From positions 111,386 through 175,385 of the forward strand of contig JAIPIB010000002.1 of assembly GCA_021734905.1 (NCBI GenBank): a stretch of 64,000 bases of DNA. The letters run 5' to 3'. The translations under genes were made by a program, and so were the position numbers. Positions 38,957-49,183 of this stretch are shown here, one piece after another. This DNA comes from Minisyncoccota bacterium (GTDB lineage: Bacteria; Patescibacteriota; Minisyncoccia; Phycocordibacterales; UBA918). Below the pieces are notes generated by a model, which worked only from the letters and a program-made list of their open reading frames with translations, searched no databases and was not told the origin of the DNA. The number at the start of each line of letters is the position of its first letter. Position 1 is the stretch's first letter.

Positions 38957-40537
38957 ATGATACTAACAGCAAAAAAAATACTCTTGGGAACAATTACTTT
39001 TTTTCTTCCTCCAACGACACGGACAAAAGTCATTCGACTTGGTGTCTTAATAATTGCTCTTGTCAGTATTGTTGTGCTTATTAACAAAAACTCCGAGATA
39101 GCAGAAGAGACCGGAGCACTTCCTCCAATTGTTTTTGTTGGAACAGTATCAGACTTAGACACAGACACAGGATCTTCATTTGTTGGAACTGTCCGTGCAG
39201 TGAGTGAAGCACAAATTCAATCAGAAATCGGTGGACGAATAACGTCGGTAAATGTAAAGCCCAGTGACAAAGTCTCAGCAGGAGCTATTCTCGCCTCACT
39301 TGAAAACAGTTCACAGCGAGCGGCACTTCTGCAGGCACAAGGAGCCTACGAAGCAACCCTTGCAACCACCGAACAGAGTAATATATCTGCAAATGATGCC
39401 CAAAACACACTTCTTGCTGCACAAAATAATGTCGTCACAACATATAGGAACGCATACACAACAGTCAATTCTATCGTTATATCTACAGTAGATACATTTT
39501 TCAGCAATCCAAATGCGCAATCAACTCCTGGCGTTATGGTAGACACTTCCATCAACAACACTATTTTTCTCAACAAAACTCGTGTTGCACTTCAGAAAAT
39601 ACTCACTGACTGGCAAAACTCGAGTAACTCTCTAACTTCAACATCTGATCTTGAGGCTCATTTACTTGAGGCTGAAGCAACTATAAAAACTGTAGTCTCG
39701 CTTGTAGATATTCTCATCACAGCATCAAATAACGCAGCTCTTAGCGACACTATTGATGGACAACTCACCACAAGCTACACAAGTTCCCTTACAACTGCAC
39801 GAGCAACTCTAGATAGCACACTGAGCGCAATATCAAACGCTCGGACTGGACTATCCTCAGCTCGTGAAAATCTCCGCCGTGCACAAATCGGAAGTACACA
39901 AAATGCCGAAGTTTCACTTGCTGGCGCTCAAATTAAACAAGCTCTCGGTTCATTAAGAAGCGCACAGGCTAATTATGAAAAAACTATTTTTCGTTCACCT
40001 ATTTCCGGGACAGTTAACAGTGTGCGTATTCATGTAGGAGATTTCATTCCTGCATTTACACAAGTAGCTGAGGTCGCAAATAATACAGCGCTCCAAATAT
40101 CAATTTACGCCGGAGAAAGCGACCTTCCTCGCTTTACTGTCGGAGGCACAGTCAAGATAGGAAAATCTGCGACTGGAATTATTACCACTATCGCACCAGC
40201 AATAGACTCTTTGACTCAAAAAACCGAAATAAAAATTGCAACAGAGTCTACTGAACTTACTAACGGGGCGACGGTCACGGTAACACTTGATCAAGCCAAA
40301 GATTTATTTGTTGAGGGGACCCCACTATATATTCCAATCACCGCAGTTAAGTTTTCAGCAACTGACGGCGTTGTCTTTACTGTTTCTGAAGAGAAACTTG
40401 TTGCAAACCCAGTACAAATCGGAGCGATCTCAGGATCATTCGTTAATATCACTGAAGGTATGGACAGAGACACTATTTTTGTACTTGACGCTCGAGGGCT
40501 TTCAGAAGGACAACATGTAGAATCTACACGCAAATAA
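38957..40537 (+). CDS. RND efflux membrane-fusion (adaptor) protein with very long helical hairpin
   Basis: TM; GGRITSVNVKPSDKVSAG and RSPISGTV lipoyl halves around a long Ala/Thr-rich helical region. Confidence 0.85.
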   Translation: MILTAKKILLGTITFFLPPTTRTKVIRLGVLIIALVSIVVLINKNSEIAEETGALPPIVFVGTVSDLDTDTGSSFVGTVRAVSEAQIQSEIGGRITSVNVKPSDKVSAGAILASLENSSQRAALLQAQGAYEATLATTEQSNISANDAQNTLLAAQNNVVTTYRNAYTTVNSIVISTVDTFFSNPNAQSTPGVMVDTSINNTIFLNKTRVALQKILTDWQNSSNSLTSTSDLEAHLLEAEATIKTVVSLVDILITASNNAALSDTIDGQLTTSYTSSLTTARATLDSTLSAISNARTGLSSARENLRRAQIGSTQNAEVSLAGAQIKQALGSLRSAQANYEKTIFRSPISGTVNSVRIHVGDFIPAFTQVAEVANNTALQISIYAGESDLPRFTVGGTVKIGKSATGIITTIAPAIDSLTQKTEIKIATESTELTNGATVTVTLDQAKDLFVEGTPLYIPITAVKFSATDGVVFTVSEEKLVANPVQIGAISGSFVNITEGMDRDTIFVLDARGLSEGQHVESTRK

Positions 40538-40540
40538 TAT

Positions 40541-43500
40541 ATGTGGGAATTCTTCATAAAAAATAGTAAGTTTGCAAATCTATTCATTATCGTACTCATT
40601 GCGCTTGGTCTTTATTCTATTTCAGTGATTCCGCGAGAATCATCACCTGAGGTTGTCATCCCTATAGGAATAGTTACAACAGTACTGACGGGTGCGCCGG
40701 CTGCAGATATTGAGTCACTTGTCACGAATAAAATTGAACGTGGGCTTTCTTCCCTAACAAATGTAAAAAAGATAACATCAACATCACGTGAAGGTGTTTC
40801 ATCAATAATTGTTGAATTCGACGCTGAGGCTGACATTGATACATCAATCACCGACCTTAAAGACACTCTTGATTCAATTGAGCGCGATCTGCCAAGTGAC
40901 GTGACCGGTCCATTTGTTTCAAAAGTTGATTTCGTCAATCAGCCGATTTTATCTATTTCTTTCTCTGGAGATCTTGATGATCGTAATTTCATAACACTTT
41001 CAGATAATATCGAAGATGAGATCGAGTCAGTATCAGGAGTATCGCGGGTAGTTAAGCAAGGAGTTTCAGAAAGAGAAGTTACGGTGATTGTTAATCAGAC
41101 AGCTCTTGAACAGTTTTCTATTGACTTAAACAAAATTTCGAACGCCATACGAAATGCAAACACAACATTTCCAATTGGTCAGATAAAGCAAAGCGGCATT
41201 ATTTACAATATTGCGTTCGAAGGTGACATAACTGACACTGCACAAATTTCAAACATAGGAATCACAACAAGAGGTGGTCAGCCTGTGTTCATTCGTGATG
41301 TTGCAACAGTAATTGACGGGACAGCACCCGTAGCATCTCTCTCCAGACTGAGCGTAAATGGGAGTCCTTCGCAGAAAGCTATTTCCTTTGATGTCTACAA
41401 ACAGTCTGGCGGTGATATTACACGCATAGCAAAAGATGTTAATGGACTTATCAGAGACCTCCAGGAACCAGGTAAGCTTCTCGAAGAAATCACTGCAGTG
41501 ACAAATCTCGATGCAGGAGAACAAATTGAAACAGACCTTATGAGGCTTTCGTTTTCAGGAATTCAGACAGTCTTTCTTGTGATTCTTCTCCTCATTGTAA
41601 CTATAGGTTGGCGTGAGGGACTTCTGGCTGGGGCAGCAATTCCACTTTCTTTCCTCTTTGGTTTTATTGGATTATATCTCTCTGGTAATACTATAAATTT
41701 CTTAAGTCTTTTTTCACTGATTCTTGGTATTGGTATCCTCGTCGACTCTGCAATTGTTATGGTTGAAGGCATTAATCGCCGCATGAAAGATGACCTCACT
41801 ATAGACAAAAAACAAGCCGCCATAGCAGCCATCAGAGAATTTTCTGCACCATTGATTTCAGGAACGCTTACTACTGTGGCAATGTTTACGGGACTCTTCA
41901 TTGTCTCTGGTGTAACAGGACAATTCATTGCAAGTATCCCCTTCACGCTCATTTTCCTTCTTCTTGCTTCATTGTTCGTCTCGCTCGCAATAATCCCCCT
42001 GCTTGCATCAAGATTTTTACACAGAAAGAATACCAGCGTTTTTGAAGAAAAGCAGGTCATCTACGCACACAAACTCGAAACCTGGTATAAAGCGAAACTC
42101 GCAGGAATCATTGGACATCCGCACAAAGAGAAACGGTTTATGTGGGGCATCAGAATAGCCCTTGTACTAGTTCTCCTTCTTCCGGTCTTTGGTGTTGTTA
42201 AAGTTGTATTTTTTGAACAAAGTGATGTTGACTTTATAATCACAGAGATAGAAAAACCAGAAGGAACAACAAAAGAAACCACTGACATCGCCGTGCGTCG
42301 TGTTGAGGAGATACTTTACAGTGAACCAAATATTGAATCCTTTGTTGTTACTGTGGGAAGCGGTAGTCAATTTACGAATGGCGGTACTGGAGAAAAACTT
42401 GCAAACATTCTTATCTCCTTGAAGAAAGGCAGAGAAGAAACAAGTACCGAGATTGTTGAAAAACTTCGTACTGAGTTTACTTCCTTGCGAGACATACGAG
42501 TTTCTGTAAACCAACCAAGTGACGGCCCTCCAACTGGTGCAGATATTGTCGTAAAATTCCTTGGAAATGACCTGAACGAAATTACCCGCATAGCGAATGA
42601 ATCTGTTGAAATACTCAAATCAATTGAGCACTCTGTGAACGTTGAGGCGAGCACGAACAGTAACAACACTGAGTTTGTCCTTGAGCTAGACCGAGCAAAG
42701 ACAGCAGCGCTCGGACTTAATCCATTTACCATATCTCAAATCGCTCATGCTGCAGTATTTGGCACTGATGCAACCTCCCTCACCTCGCTCGCAAGTGATA
42801 TTGATGTAGTTGTAAAACTTAATATAGAAAATCTAAAAGATGTCACCAGTGATACCACAAACGAGACTAACATTAATGCTCTCGGAAGAATTACAATTCC
42901 AACACAAAATGGAAATATACCACTTTCATCTCTTGTCCGTGTCTCGATGCGTGAGTCAAGTTCTGTTATAAACCATGAGGATAATAAGCGTATTGTCTCG
43001 GTGACGTCTGATGTAACCACTCTGGGAAATGTTCGTGATATACAAGCTGAAGCATTGCAACGAATAAAAAATGAAATCGCAATACCAGAAGGAGTAATAA
43101 TAAGTTCAGGAGGTGGCGAAACTGATGAATCCAACAAAGCATTCCAAGAAATGTTTCTTGCATTAATTGTCGGCGTGCTTCTTATGATCGGAATTCTTGT
43201 GCTCCAATTCAACTCGTATCTCCATACTCGATATGTACTTTCTATCTTGCCTTACTCACTTATTGGAATAATGATCGGTCTTGCAATCACCAAAAACTCA
43301 CTTTCATTCCCTTCCATCATGGGGTTCATTGCACTTTCTGGAATTGTCGTAAATAACTCAATCCTGCTTATTGATATGATGAATAAAATGCGGAAGGAAA
43401 ACCCAGAGAAACCAATTCGTGATGTCGTGATTGATTCTGCAGGAAATCGTCTTCGACCGATCCTTCTTACGACCATTACAACAGTTATTGGTATGATTCC

Positions 43501-43630
43501 ACTTACGTATGCTGGTGACCTTTGGGCACCGCTCGCTTACGCTGTGATGTTTGGACTTGTCTTCTCTGTTGTCATTACCCTTGTTCTTATACCAATCGTC
43601 TACGATCGAAGACCTGGTGATATTGGATAG
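40541..43630 (+). CDS. RND efflux permease (AcrB family)
   Basis: PRESSPEV, STSREGVS, GILVDSAIVMVE, GIVVNNSILLID, RLRPILLTTITT. Confidence 0.9.
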   Translation: MWEFFIKNSKFANLFIIVLIALGLYSISVIPRESSPEVVIPIGIVTTVLTGAPAADIESLVTNKIERGLSSLTNVKKITSTSREGVSSIIVEFDAEADIDTSITDLKDTLDSIERDLPSDVTGPFVSKVDFVNQPILSISFSGDLDDRNFITLSDNIEDEIESVSGVSRVVKQGVSEREVTVIVNQTALEQFSIDLNKISNAIRNANTTFPIGQIKQSGIIYNIAFEGDITDTAQISNIGITTRGGQPVFIRDVATVIDGTAPVASLSRLSVNGSPSQKAISFDVYKQSGGDITRIAKDVNGLIRDLQEPGKLLEEITAVTNLDAGEQIETDLMRLSFSGIQTVFLVILLLIVTIGWREGLLAGAAIPLSFLFGFIGLYLSGNTINFLSLFSLILGIGILVDSAIVMVEGINRRMKDDLTIDKKQAAIAAIREFSAPLISGTLTTVAMFTGLFIVSGVTGQFIASIPFTLIFLLLASLFVSLAIIPLLASRFLHRKNTSVFEEKQVIYAHKLETWYKAKLAGIIGHPHKEKRFMWGIRIALVLVLLLPVFGVVKVVFFEQSDVDFIITEIEKPEGTTKETTDIAVRRVEEILYSEPNIESFVVTVGSGSQFTNGGTGEKLANILISLKKGREETSTEIVEKLRTEFTSLRDIRVSVNQPSDGPPTGADIVVKFLGNDLNEITRIANESVEILKSIEHSVNVEASTNSNNTEFVLELDRAKTAALGLNPFTISQIAHAAVFGTDATSLTSLASDIDVVVKLNIENLKDVTSDTTNETNINALGRITIPTQNGNIPLSSLVRVSMRESSSVINHEDNKRIVSVTSDVTTLGNVRDIQAEALQRIKNEIAIPEGVIISSGGGETDESNKAFQEMFLALIVGVLLMIGILVLQFNSYLHTRYVLSILPYSLIGIMIGLAITKNSLSFPSIMGFIALSGIVVNNSILLIDMMNKMRKENPEKPIRDVVIDSAGNRLRPILLTTITTVIGMIPLTYAGDLWAPLAYAVMFGLVFSVVITLVLIPIVYDRRPGDIG

Positions 43631-43644
43631 CACACTTACACAAC

Positions 43645-43683
43645 AAAAAAACATGGGGACGATGCGTCTCCATGTTTCTTTTT
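43645..43683. terminator. bidirectional terminator
   Basis: ACATGGGGACG/CGTCTCCATGT flanked by A and T runs. Confidence 0.7.
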
Positions 43684-43721
43684 GCTAAAAGATACAATAT
43701 TAAATATTTGTATGAGTATAA

Positions 43722-44105
43722 TTAAATTATACCATCAAGCGATTCCATACCATCAATCTGAGTTATTTCAGCTACTTTTTTCCTAACACCATATGCTTCT
43801 GGAAGGTGTCCAATAAGCTCTGCTTTCTTTACTAACATCGCCTGTATTTCCATCTTTGTTTTTGAAACACCAGGGTCAATTATTTCTTTGAGTATTCCCG
43901 CTACTTCGCCTAAGATTTTTACATACTCCTCAGTACGACTAAATGGAAAAACTGTACTTCCTTCCTCTGGAGAAATAACTCGTGCAATCTGACTGAGAGC
44001 ATCTCTTTCCATAGGATCGATATTAGCGATGTCCCGAGTAAATCTTTCATCAAGTAAAAGTTTTTCTGGATCCATTTTTTGTGACCCACCTGTTTCATAA
44101 TTCAT
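43722..44105 (-). CDS. hypothetical protein
   Basis: ORF; TAAACT 8 nt upstream of ATG 44105. Confidence 0.55.
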   Translation of the reverse strand: MNYETGGSQKMDPEKLLLDERFTRDIANIDPMERDALSQIARVISPEEGSTVFPFSRTEEYVKILGEVAGILKEIIDPGVSKTKMEIQAMLVKKAELIGHLPEAYGVRKKVAEITQIDGMESLDGII

Positions 44106-44150
44106 ATCATTCAAGTTTACTATATAAATACTACTGAGCAACTAGGCAAA

Positions 44151-44669
44151 TTATTGAACAAATAGTGTATACATAAATGTTACAATCGGGTCAATTTCAG
44201 GACCATACACAAGTGAAGCTCCTAAACTACCCGTAATTATCATAAACACCATACCAATGACAGCAAGCAAAACAGAATATTTTTGTATAAGTTTAGACAA
44301 CGATACAAAAAGTTGGATTTTCGTTACTCGTGATAACCAGCCAAATTTCTTGCAATACTCAAATAAATAACTGGCAGCAATAATTGAAAATATTGTAATA
44401 GTTGCACCTGCATAGAGCGAATGTTGTTCAACAAGAGGAAGGAGATTTGCTCCAATGACTGAGTTCTCACCACTATGAATAAGTTCTTCTGCCATATCTC
44501 CTGTCGCTACCGCGAGATATATTGAGACTGTCCCTATAACGACGAGGACGGCCTTAAATTCAAAATAAAATTGTTTTCTCGTAATAATAGCCAATCTGCT
44601 TACCTCAAGGAGAAAATAAAGTGTCAAAATTCCTATCGGAAAGTGAACAAAAAGTGGATGGATGTTCAT
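44151..44669 (-). CDS. DUF2231-like membrane protein
   Basis: HPLFVHFPIG, ATGDMA, QH, TGSLGASLVYG. Confidence 0.75.
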   Translation of the reverse strand: MNIHPLFVHFPIGILTLYFLLEVSRLAIITRKQFYFEFKAVLVVIGTVSIYLAVATGDMAEELIHSGENSVIGANLLPLVEQHSLYAGATITIFSIIAASYLFEYCKKFGWLSRVTKIQLFVSLSKLIQKYSVLLAVIGMVFMIITGSLGASLVYGPEIDPIVTFMYTLFVQ

Positions 44670-44804
44670 ATTTCTCGAAAACAAACCTTCTAATAACTAA
44701 TACGATTTAAGTATATCACTAGCCATACCATCTCGGCCATGCTGAATTGAATTACCTCTCCTACAAACAATCTCCCTTATTAAAAATATGCTAGAATAAT
44801 CAAT

Positions 44805-45734
44805 ATGATAAAAAATATCGCCGTAGGTATCGTACTCATTATTATTGGTGTTGGTGCGTTCTTTTTAATTCAAAAGTCTTCTCTTCCGCCTGAGATGCCA
44901 ACTTTAGAAAGTACTCCACAAACTGTTGTGCCTGAGGTAGAGACGGCTACTGAGGTTGTTGATGAAACAGTACAAGTTCCCCCAATAGATGAAACGAGAA
45001 CAGTGATTGGCACCTCAGTTGAGGGTCGTGATATTACTGCGTATCACTTTGGAGTAGGAGATACAGAAATTTTGTTCGTTGGTGGCATTCATGGAGGATA
45101 TGAATGGAATACCTCTCTCGTTGCGTATGAACTCATGGATTATCTTGAGGAGAATTCTGACTCTCTACCAAAAGATGTCACCGTGACTGTTATTCCTGTA
45201 CTTAATCCTGATGGATTATTCAAAGTAACAGGAAGTGACGAAAAATTTAAATCTTCAGACATTACAATGACGGAGTCGCAGACAATCCCTGGTCGCTTCA
45301 ATGCCAACAACGTTGACCTCAATCGTAACTTTAACTGTGACTGGCAGGAACAAGGGGTTTGGAGAAATACAAAAGTAAGTGGTGGGTCATCTGCATTTTC
45401 GGAGCCAGAGAGCCGTGCCATTAAATCGTACGTGGAGTCGCACGTACTTGATGCGGTTGTAGTTTGGTATAGTGCTGCAGGAGGTGTATTCGCATCAAAC
45501 TGTCACGGTGATGTCCTTCCTCAGACACAGAAAATCACCAATCTCTATGCAAAAGCTTCTGGCTATCCAGCTCATGAAAGTTTTGACTTCTATACAGTAA
45601 CTGGTGACATGGTTAACTGGCTTGCAAAAAATAATATTCCTGCAATCAGCGTTCTATTGACCTCACATACAGATACAGAATGGGATAAAAACAAAGCTGG
45701 AATCGACGCCATCCTTAAACAATACGCAGAGTAA
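44805..45734 (+). CDS. M14 zinc carboxypeptidase-like protein, probably inactive paralog
   Basis: N-terminal TM, IGTSVEGR, GGIHGGYE, NPDG, NNVDLNRNF, SEPES; has WYS and SVLL in place of WHS and TVEL. Confidence 0.8.
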   Translation: MIKNIAVGIVLIIIGVGAFFLIQKSSLPPEMPTLESTPQTVVPEVETATEVVDETVQVPPIDETRTVIGTSVEGRDITAYHFGVGDTEILFVGGIHGGYEWNTSLVAYELMDYLEENSDSLPKDVTVTVIPVLNPDGLFKVTGSDEKFKSSDITMTESQTIPGRFNANNVDLNRNFNCDWQEQGVWRNTKVSGGSSAFSEPESRAIKSYVESHVLDAVVVWYSAAGGVFASNCHGDVLPQTQKITNLYAKASGYPAHESFDFYTVTGDMVNWLAKNNIPAISVLLTSHTDTEWDKNKAGIDAILKQYAE

Positions 45735-46678
45735 TGCAATACATTCATATTCGTCTAATCAAGGGTACTTTAATTCTCTTGCTTTTGTTCTGTCTCAGTT
45801 TTTTAACAAGTGTTGTTCTCAAAAAAGAAGCTCCAATACCAACCACGCCAGAACCCATAACAAATACTAATGTCACTGTTGCTGAAGAAATAAAAAAGCT
45901 TCGTACGGAAATAATAGGAACCTCAGTAGAAGGACGCTCCATTATGACTTACACATACGGACATGGCGATACTCAACTACTCTTTGTTGGTGGCATTCAT
46001 GGAGGATATGAATGGAACAGCCAGCTTTTGGCATACCAATTTATTGACTATCTTGAAATCAACGAGAGTACTATTCCAGAAAATATTACAGTGACCATAA
46101 TCCCCTCAGCAAATCCTGATGGCCTTCATGCCGTTATAGGTAAAGAAGGTCGTTTTGATGAATCCGATGCAGCTACCGAAAATACATCAGCAGGGCTCGG
46201 TAGATTTAACACGAACAACGTTGACCTCAATCGTAATTTTGACTGTAAGTGGAAACCCGAGAGTATGTGGCGTGGAAATGTCGTAAGTGCAGGCACTGCA
46301 GCATTTTCAGAACCAGAAAGTGCTGCGCTTCGTGACTTTGTAATAAAAATTAAACCATCAGCGGTCGTTTTCTGGCATAGCCAGTCAAACGCCGTGTATG
46401 CTTCTGAATGTGAAAATGGGATTCTTCCTGAAACTTATACTCTCATGAATACCTACGCGACTGCAGCAAAGTACCCTGCTGTCGATACATTTGATGCATA
46501 CGAAATTACAGGAGACGCTGAAGGATGGCTTGCTTCAATAGGTATCCCGGCAATTACTGTAGAACTATCGACACACAAGAATACAGACTGGGAGAAGAAT
46601 CTTGCTGGAGTCAGCGCTTTGTTTATGAAATACAAAACACCCCCTCCACTCGAGGTAGACACTTCTGATAATTTATAG
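45734..46678 (+). CDS. M14 zinc carboxypeptidase (MpaA-like)
   Basis: GGIHGGYE, NPDG, DLNRNF, FWHS, ITVEL. Confidence 0.85.
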   Translation: MQYIHIRLIKGTLILLLLFCLSFLTSVVLKKEAPIPTTPEPITNTNVTVAEEIKKLRTEIIGTSVEGRSIMTYTYGHGDTQLLFVGGIHGGYEWNSQLLAYQFIDYLEINESTIPENITVTIIPSANPDGLHAVIGKEGRFDESDAATENTSAGLGRFNTNNVDLNRNFDCKWKPESMWRGNVVSAGTAAFSEPESAALRDFVIKIKPSAVVFWHSQSNAVYASECENGILPETYTLMNTYATAAKYPAVDTFDAYEITGDAEGWLASIGIPAITVELSTHKNTDWEKNLAGVSALFMKYKTPPPLEVDTSDNL

Positions 46679-46762
46679 AGCGAAAATGGTTACATAACGA
46701 ATGCCGCTTTGCAAGAACTTCGTACTCTTACCCTAAATTAGGTTAAGTCTTATACTCCTTAT

Positions 46763-47221
46763 TCACTGAACTTTTACTTTTTGCTTTGGACTTACATGAG
46801 ATTCACCATGAACAAGACGAGGAATGTGTAGTGTAATAATTGCAACAACAGTTGCAAAGAAACCTATCATATAGAAACCAAAACCAAACGCCATTCCAAT
46901 TGCTGCGGCAAACCAAAGACTTGCTGCTGTTGTCAAGTTATGGACTACAGTTCCCTTTTTCAAAATAAGCCCCGCTCCAAGAAACCCAATACCTGTCACA
47001 ATCTGAGCTGCGATTCTTGAACTATGATCAGGCTCGACCTGAAGTGAAATATAAGTAAAGAGCATTGAGCCCATGATGACAAGGGTGTGCGTGCTTATAC
47101 CCGCATCTTTACCCCTTGCTTCACGTTCAATGCCAATTGCCAATCCTGCAAGAAGACATAGCAAAAGATTAAAAAAAAATGTTAGTTCAGTTTGAGAAAA
47201 TATACTAGCGATCATATACAA
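46763..47221 (-). CDS. MgtC/SapB family protein
   Basis: IGIERE..KDAG..TH, SRIAAQIVTGIGFLGAG, LTTAASLW. Confidence 0.9.
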   Translation of the reverse strand: MYMIASIFSQTELTFFFNLLLCLLAGLAIGIEREARGKDAGISTHTLVIMGSMLFTYISLQVEPDHSSRIAAQIVTGIGFLGAGLILKKGTVVHNLTTAASLWFAAAIGMAFGFGFYMIGFFATVVAIITLHIPRLVHGESHVSPKQKVKVQ

Positions 47222-47291
47222 AAACTATACGGCAATGCTAGTTCTTTTCATAGTGTCGACACGTGTATAGTGCGAGAAAAATAAAGCATGA

Positions 47292-47337
47292 TCAACTTAC
47301 TCTATCTCGTCCACGTGGGCAAGATAGAGTAAGTTGA
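47292..47337. repeat. long inverted repeat
   Basis: TCAACTTACTCTATCT...AGATAGAGTAAGTTGA (16 bp, plus inner pairing). Confidence 0.85.
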
Positions 47338-47495
47338 AAAATGGACTACTTAAATTTAGGATAAAGGGATATTTCAGTAAGGTGCTTGCTCTGTATTTCT
47401 TATGTATAAAATTCACACTTTTTCCGATGACTGCCACGGGGTAGTCGATTGGTATTTGTCTTGCGCAAGACAAGTCATAGAAATGTAATCAAGAC

Positions 47496-47545
47496 GCAAA
47501 CTAACAGCACTGATCTGTTTAAACAGATCAGTGCTGTTAGTTTGC
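47496..47545. repeat. 50-bp perfect spacerless palindrome
   Basis: GCAAACTAACAGCACTGATCTGTTT|AAACAGATCAGTGCTGTTAGTTTGC. Confidence 0.9.
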
Positions 47546-47690
47546 TTTATTAAAGTGTGCTGTACAATTATTTGACATAAATCTGTTTATATATTATTAT
47601 ACAGTCACCTTAAGATTCTCGTGTAGGGCTCTGGGGTTCGAACTACGATTCGGTTTACTACCTGCACAGCCCTATAGATTAACTACATAA

Positions 47691-49103
47691 ATGAATAATT
47701 CTTATCGACCACGTCGTGATGCGACTTTTGTTCGTACATCGCGACCGTCCAAGCCTTTTAATAATGCACATAGTTCTGGTTCTTCATCACGATCAAGTGG
47801 CCATACAGGCCCACGTGATTCTGGCACAAGAACTCGAAGTACTTCAGATCGTCGTCACTCAGACGGCGGTTCGTTTTCACGTGGCGGAGGTCATTCTCGT
47901 GATGGACAATCAAGCGCACGCCCAGGAGCGCGACGTGTTTTTACACACCAAAGACCGCAACGAAGTAGCGGAGGAGGTAGAGGTGGGCGTGTTCAAAAGA
48001 CATTTGATGTCTCTCAATTTATAAATCGAAATCCTGCACCAGTTACTGAAACTGAAGTCTTTGTACCAAAGCATTCGTTTACTGAGTTTGGTCTTGATAA
48101 AAAACTAGCGTTCACTATTACTTCTTCAGGACTTATTAATCCTACACCAATTCAAGATGAGATTATTCCTCACATTCTTGACGGTAAGGATGTTATTGGT
48201 CTTGCCAATACAGGTACTGGAAAAACGGCGGCATTTCTCATACCACTTATCGATAAAACACTTCGTGAGTACTCGAGACAAACACTTATTCTCACTCCAA
48301 CTCGAGAACTTGCAATTCAAATTGAAGTTGAGCTCAATAAAATTTCTAAAGGCTTTAAACTGTATTCAACAACGTGTGTTGGTGGAACAAATATCCGCCC
48401 TCAAATTTATGGCCTCAAACGAAAGAACCATTTCATCATAGGAACTCCAGGGCGTGTTATGGACTTAATTGACCGTGGAGCTCTTCGCCCAGCAGGAATT
48501 ACGACTGTTGTGCTCGATGAGGCGGACAGAATGCTCGATATGGGATTTATCCACGACATGAGAAAAATACTTTCCGGTATCCGTCAGGACCGTGAGACAC
48601 TCTTTTTCTCAGCTACAATGTCTGAAGACATCAAGAAACTTGTTAATGACTTTCTTAATGACCCTGTTGTTGTTTCTGTCAAAAAGCAAGATATTACTGC
48701 AAGTATCCTTCAAGATGTACTTCATTACGGGCACAGTAATAAATTTGAAACGCTCACTACCCTGCTCGGAAATCCTGAGATGAAGAGAGTTCTCATCTTT
48801 GGTGCAATGAAACACAGCGTTGAAAAACTTTCACAACAGCTTGTTGCACACGGGATTACTGCAGACTCGATACATGGCAACAAGTCTCACCCCCAAAGAC
48901 AACGATCACTTAAAAAGTTCAAAGATGGTAATGCACGAGTACTCGTCGCAACTGACGTTGCAGCACGAGGTATACACGTTGATAATGTTACTCACGTAAT
49001 TAATTACGATCTTCCAGCGACATACGAAGATTATATTCACCGTATTGGACGCACAGGACGTGGTAAAGAAAAAGGAAAAGCAATCACCTTTGTCCAGTCA
49101 TAA
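47691..49103 (+). CDS. DEAD-box RNA helicase with R/S/G-rich N-terminal extension
   Basis: PTPIQ, ANTGTGKT, PTRELA, TPGR, DEAD, SAT, ARGI, HRIGRTGR. Confidence 0.95.
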   Translation: MNNSYRPRRDATFVRTSRPSKPFNNAHSSGSSSRSSGHTGPRDSGTRTRSTSDRRHSDGGSFSRGGGHSRDGQSSARPGARRVFTHQRPQRSSGGGRGGRVQKTFDVSQFINRNPAPVTETEVFVPKHSFTEFGLDKKLAFTITSSGLINPTPIQDEIIPHILDGKDVIGLANTGTGKTAAFLIPLIDKTLREYSRQTLILTPTRELAIQIEVELNKISKGFKLYSTTCVGGTNIRPQIYGLKRKNHFIIGTPGRVMDLIDRGALRPAGITTVVLDEADRMLDMGFIHDMRKILSGIRQDRETLFFSATMSEDIKKLVNDFLNDPVVVSVKKQDITASILQDVLHYGHSNKFETLTTLLGNPEMKRVLIFGAMKHSVEKLSQQLVAHGITADSIHGNKSHPQRQRSLKKFKDGNARVLVATDVAARGIHVDNVTHVINYDLPATYEDYIHRIGRTGRGKEKGKAITFVQS

Positions 49104-49105
49104 AG

Positions 49106-49147
49106 ACACTAAAAAAGGCCACACATCCGTGTGGCCTTTTTTAGTGT
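49106..49147 (+). terminator. intrinsic terminator (19-bp stem)
   Basis: ACACTAAAAAAGGCCACAC/GTGTGGCCTTTTTTAGTGT. Confidence 0.8.
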
Positions 49148-49183
49148 ATAAGTAAGAATAAGCATAGACTCTTTGCTATACTG

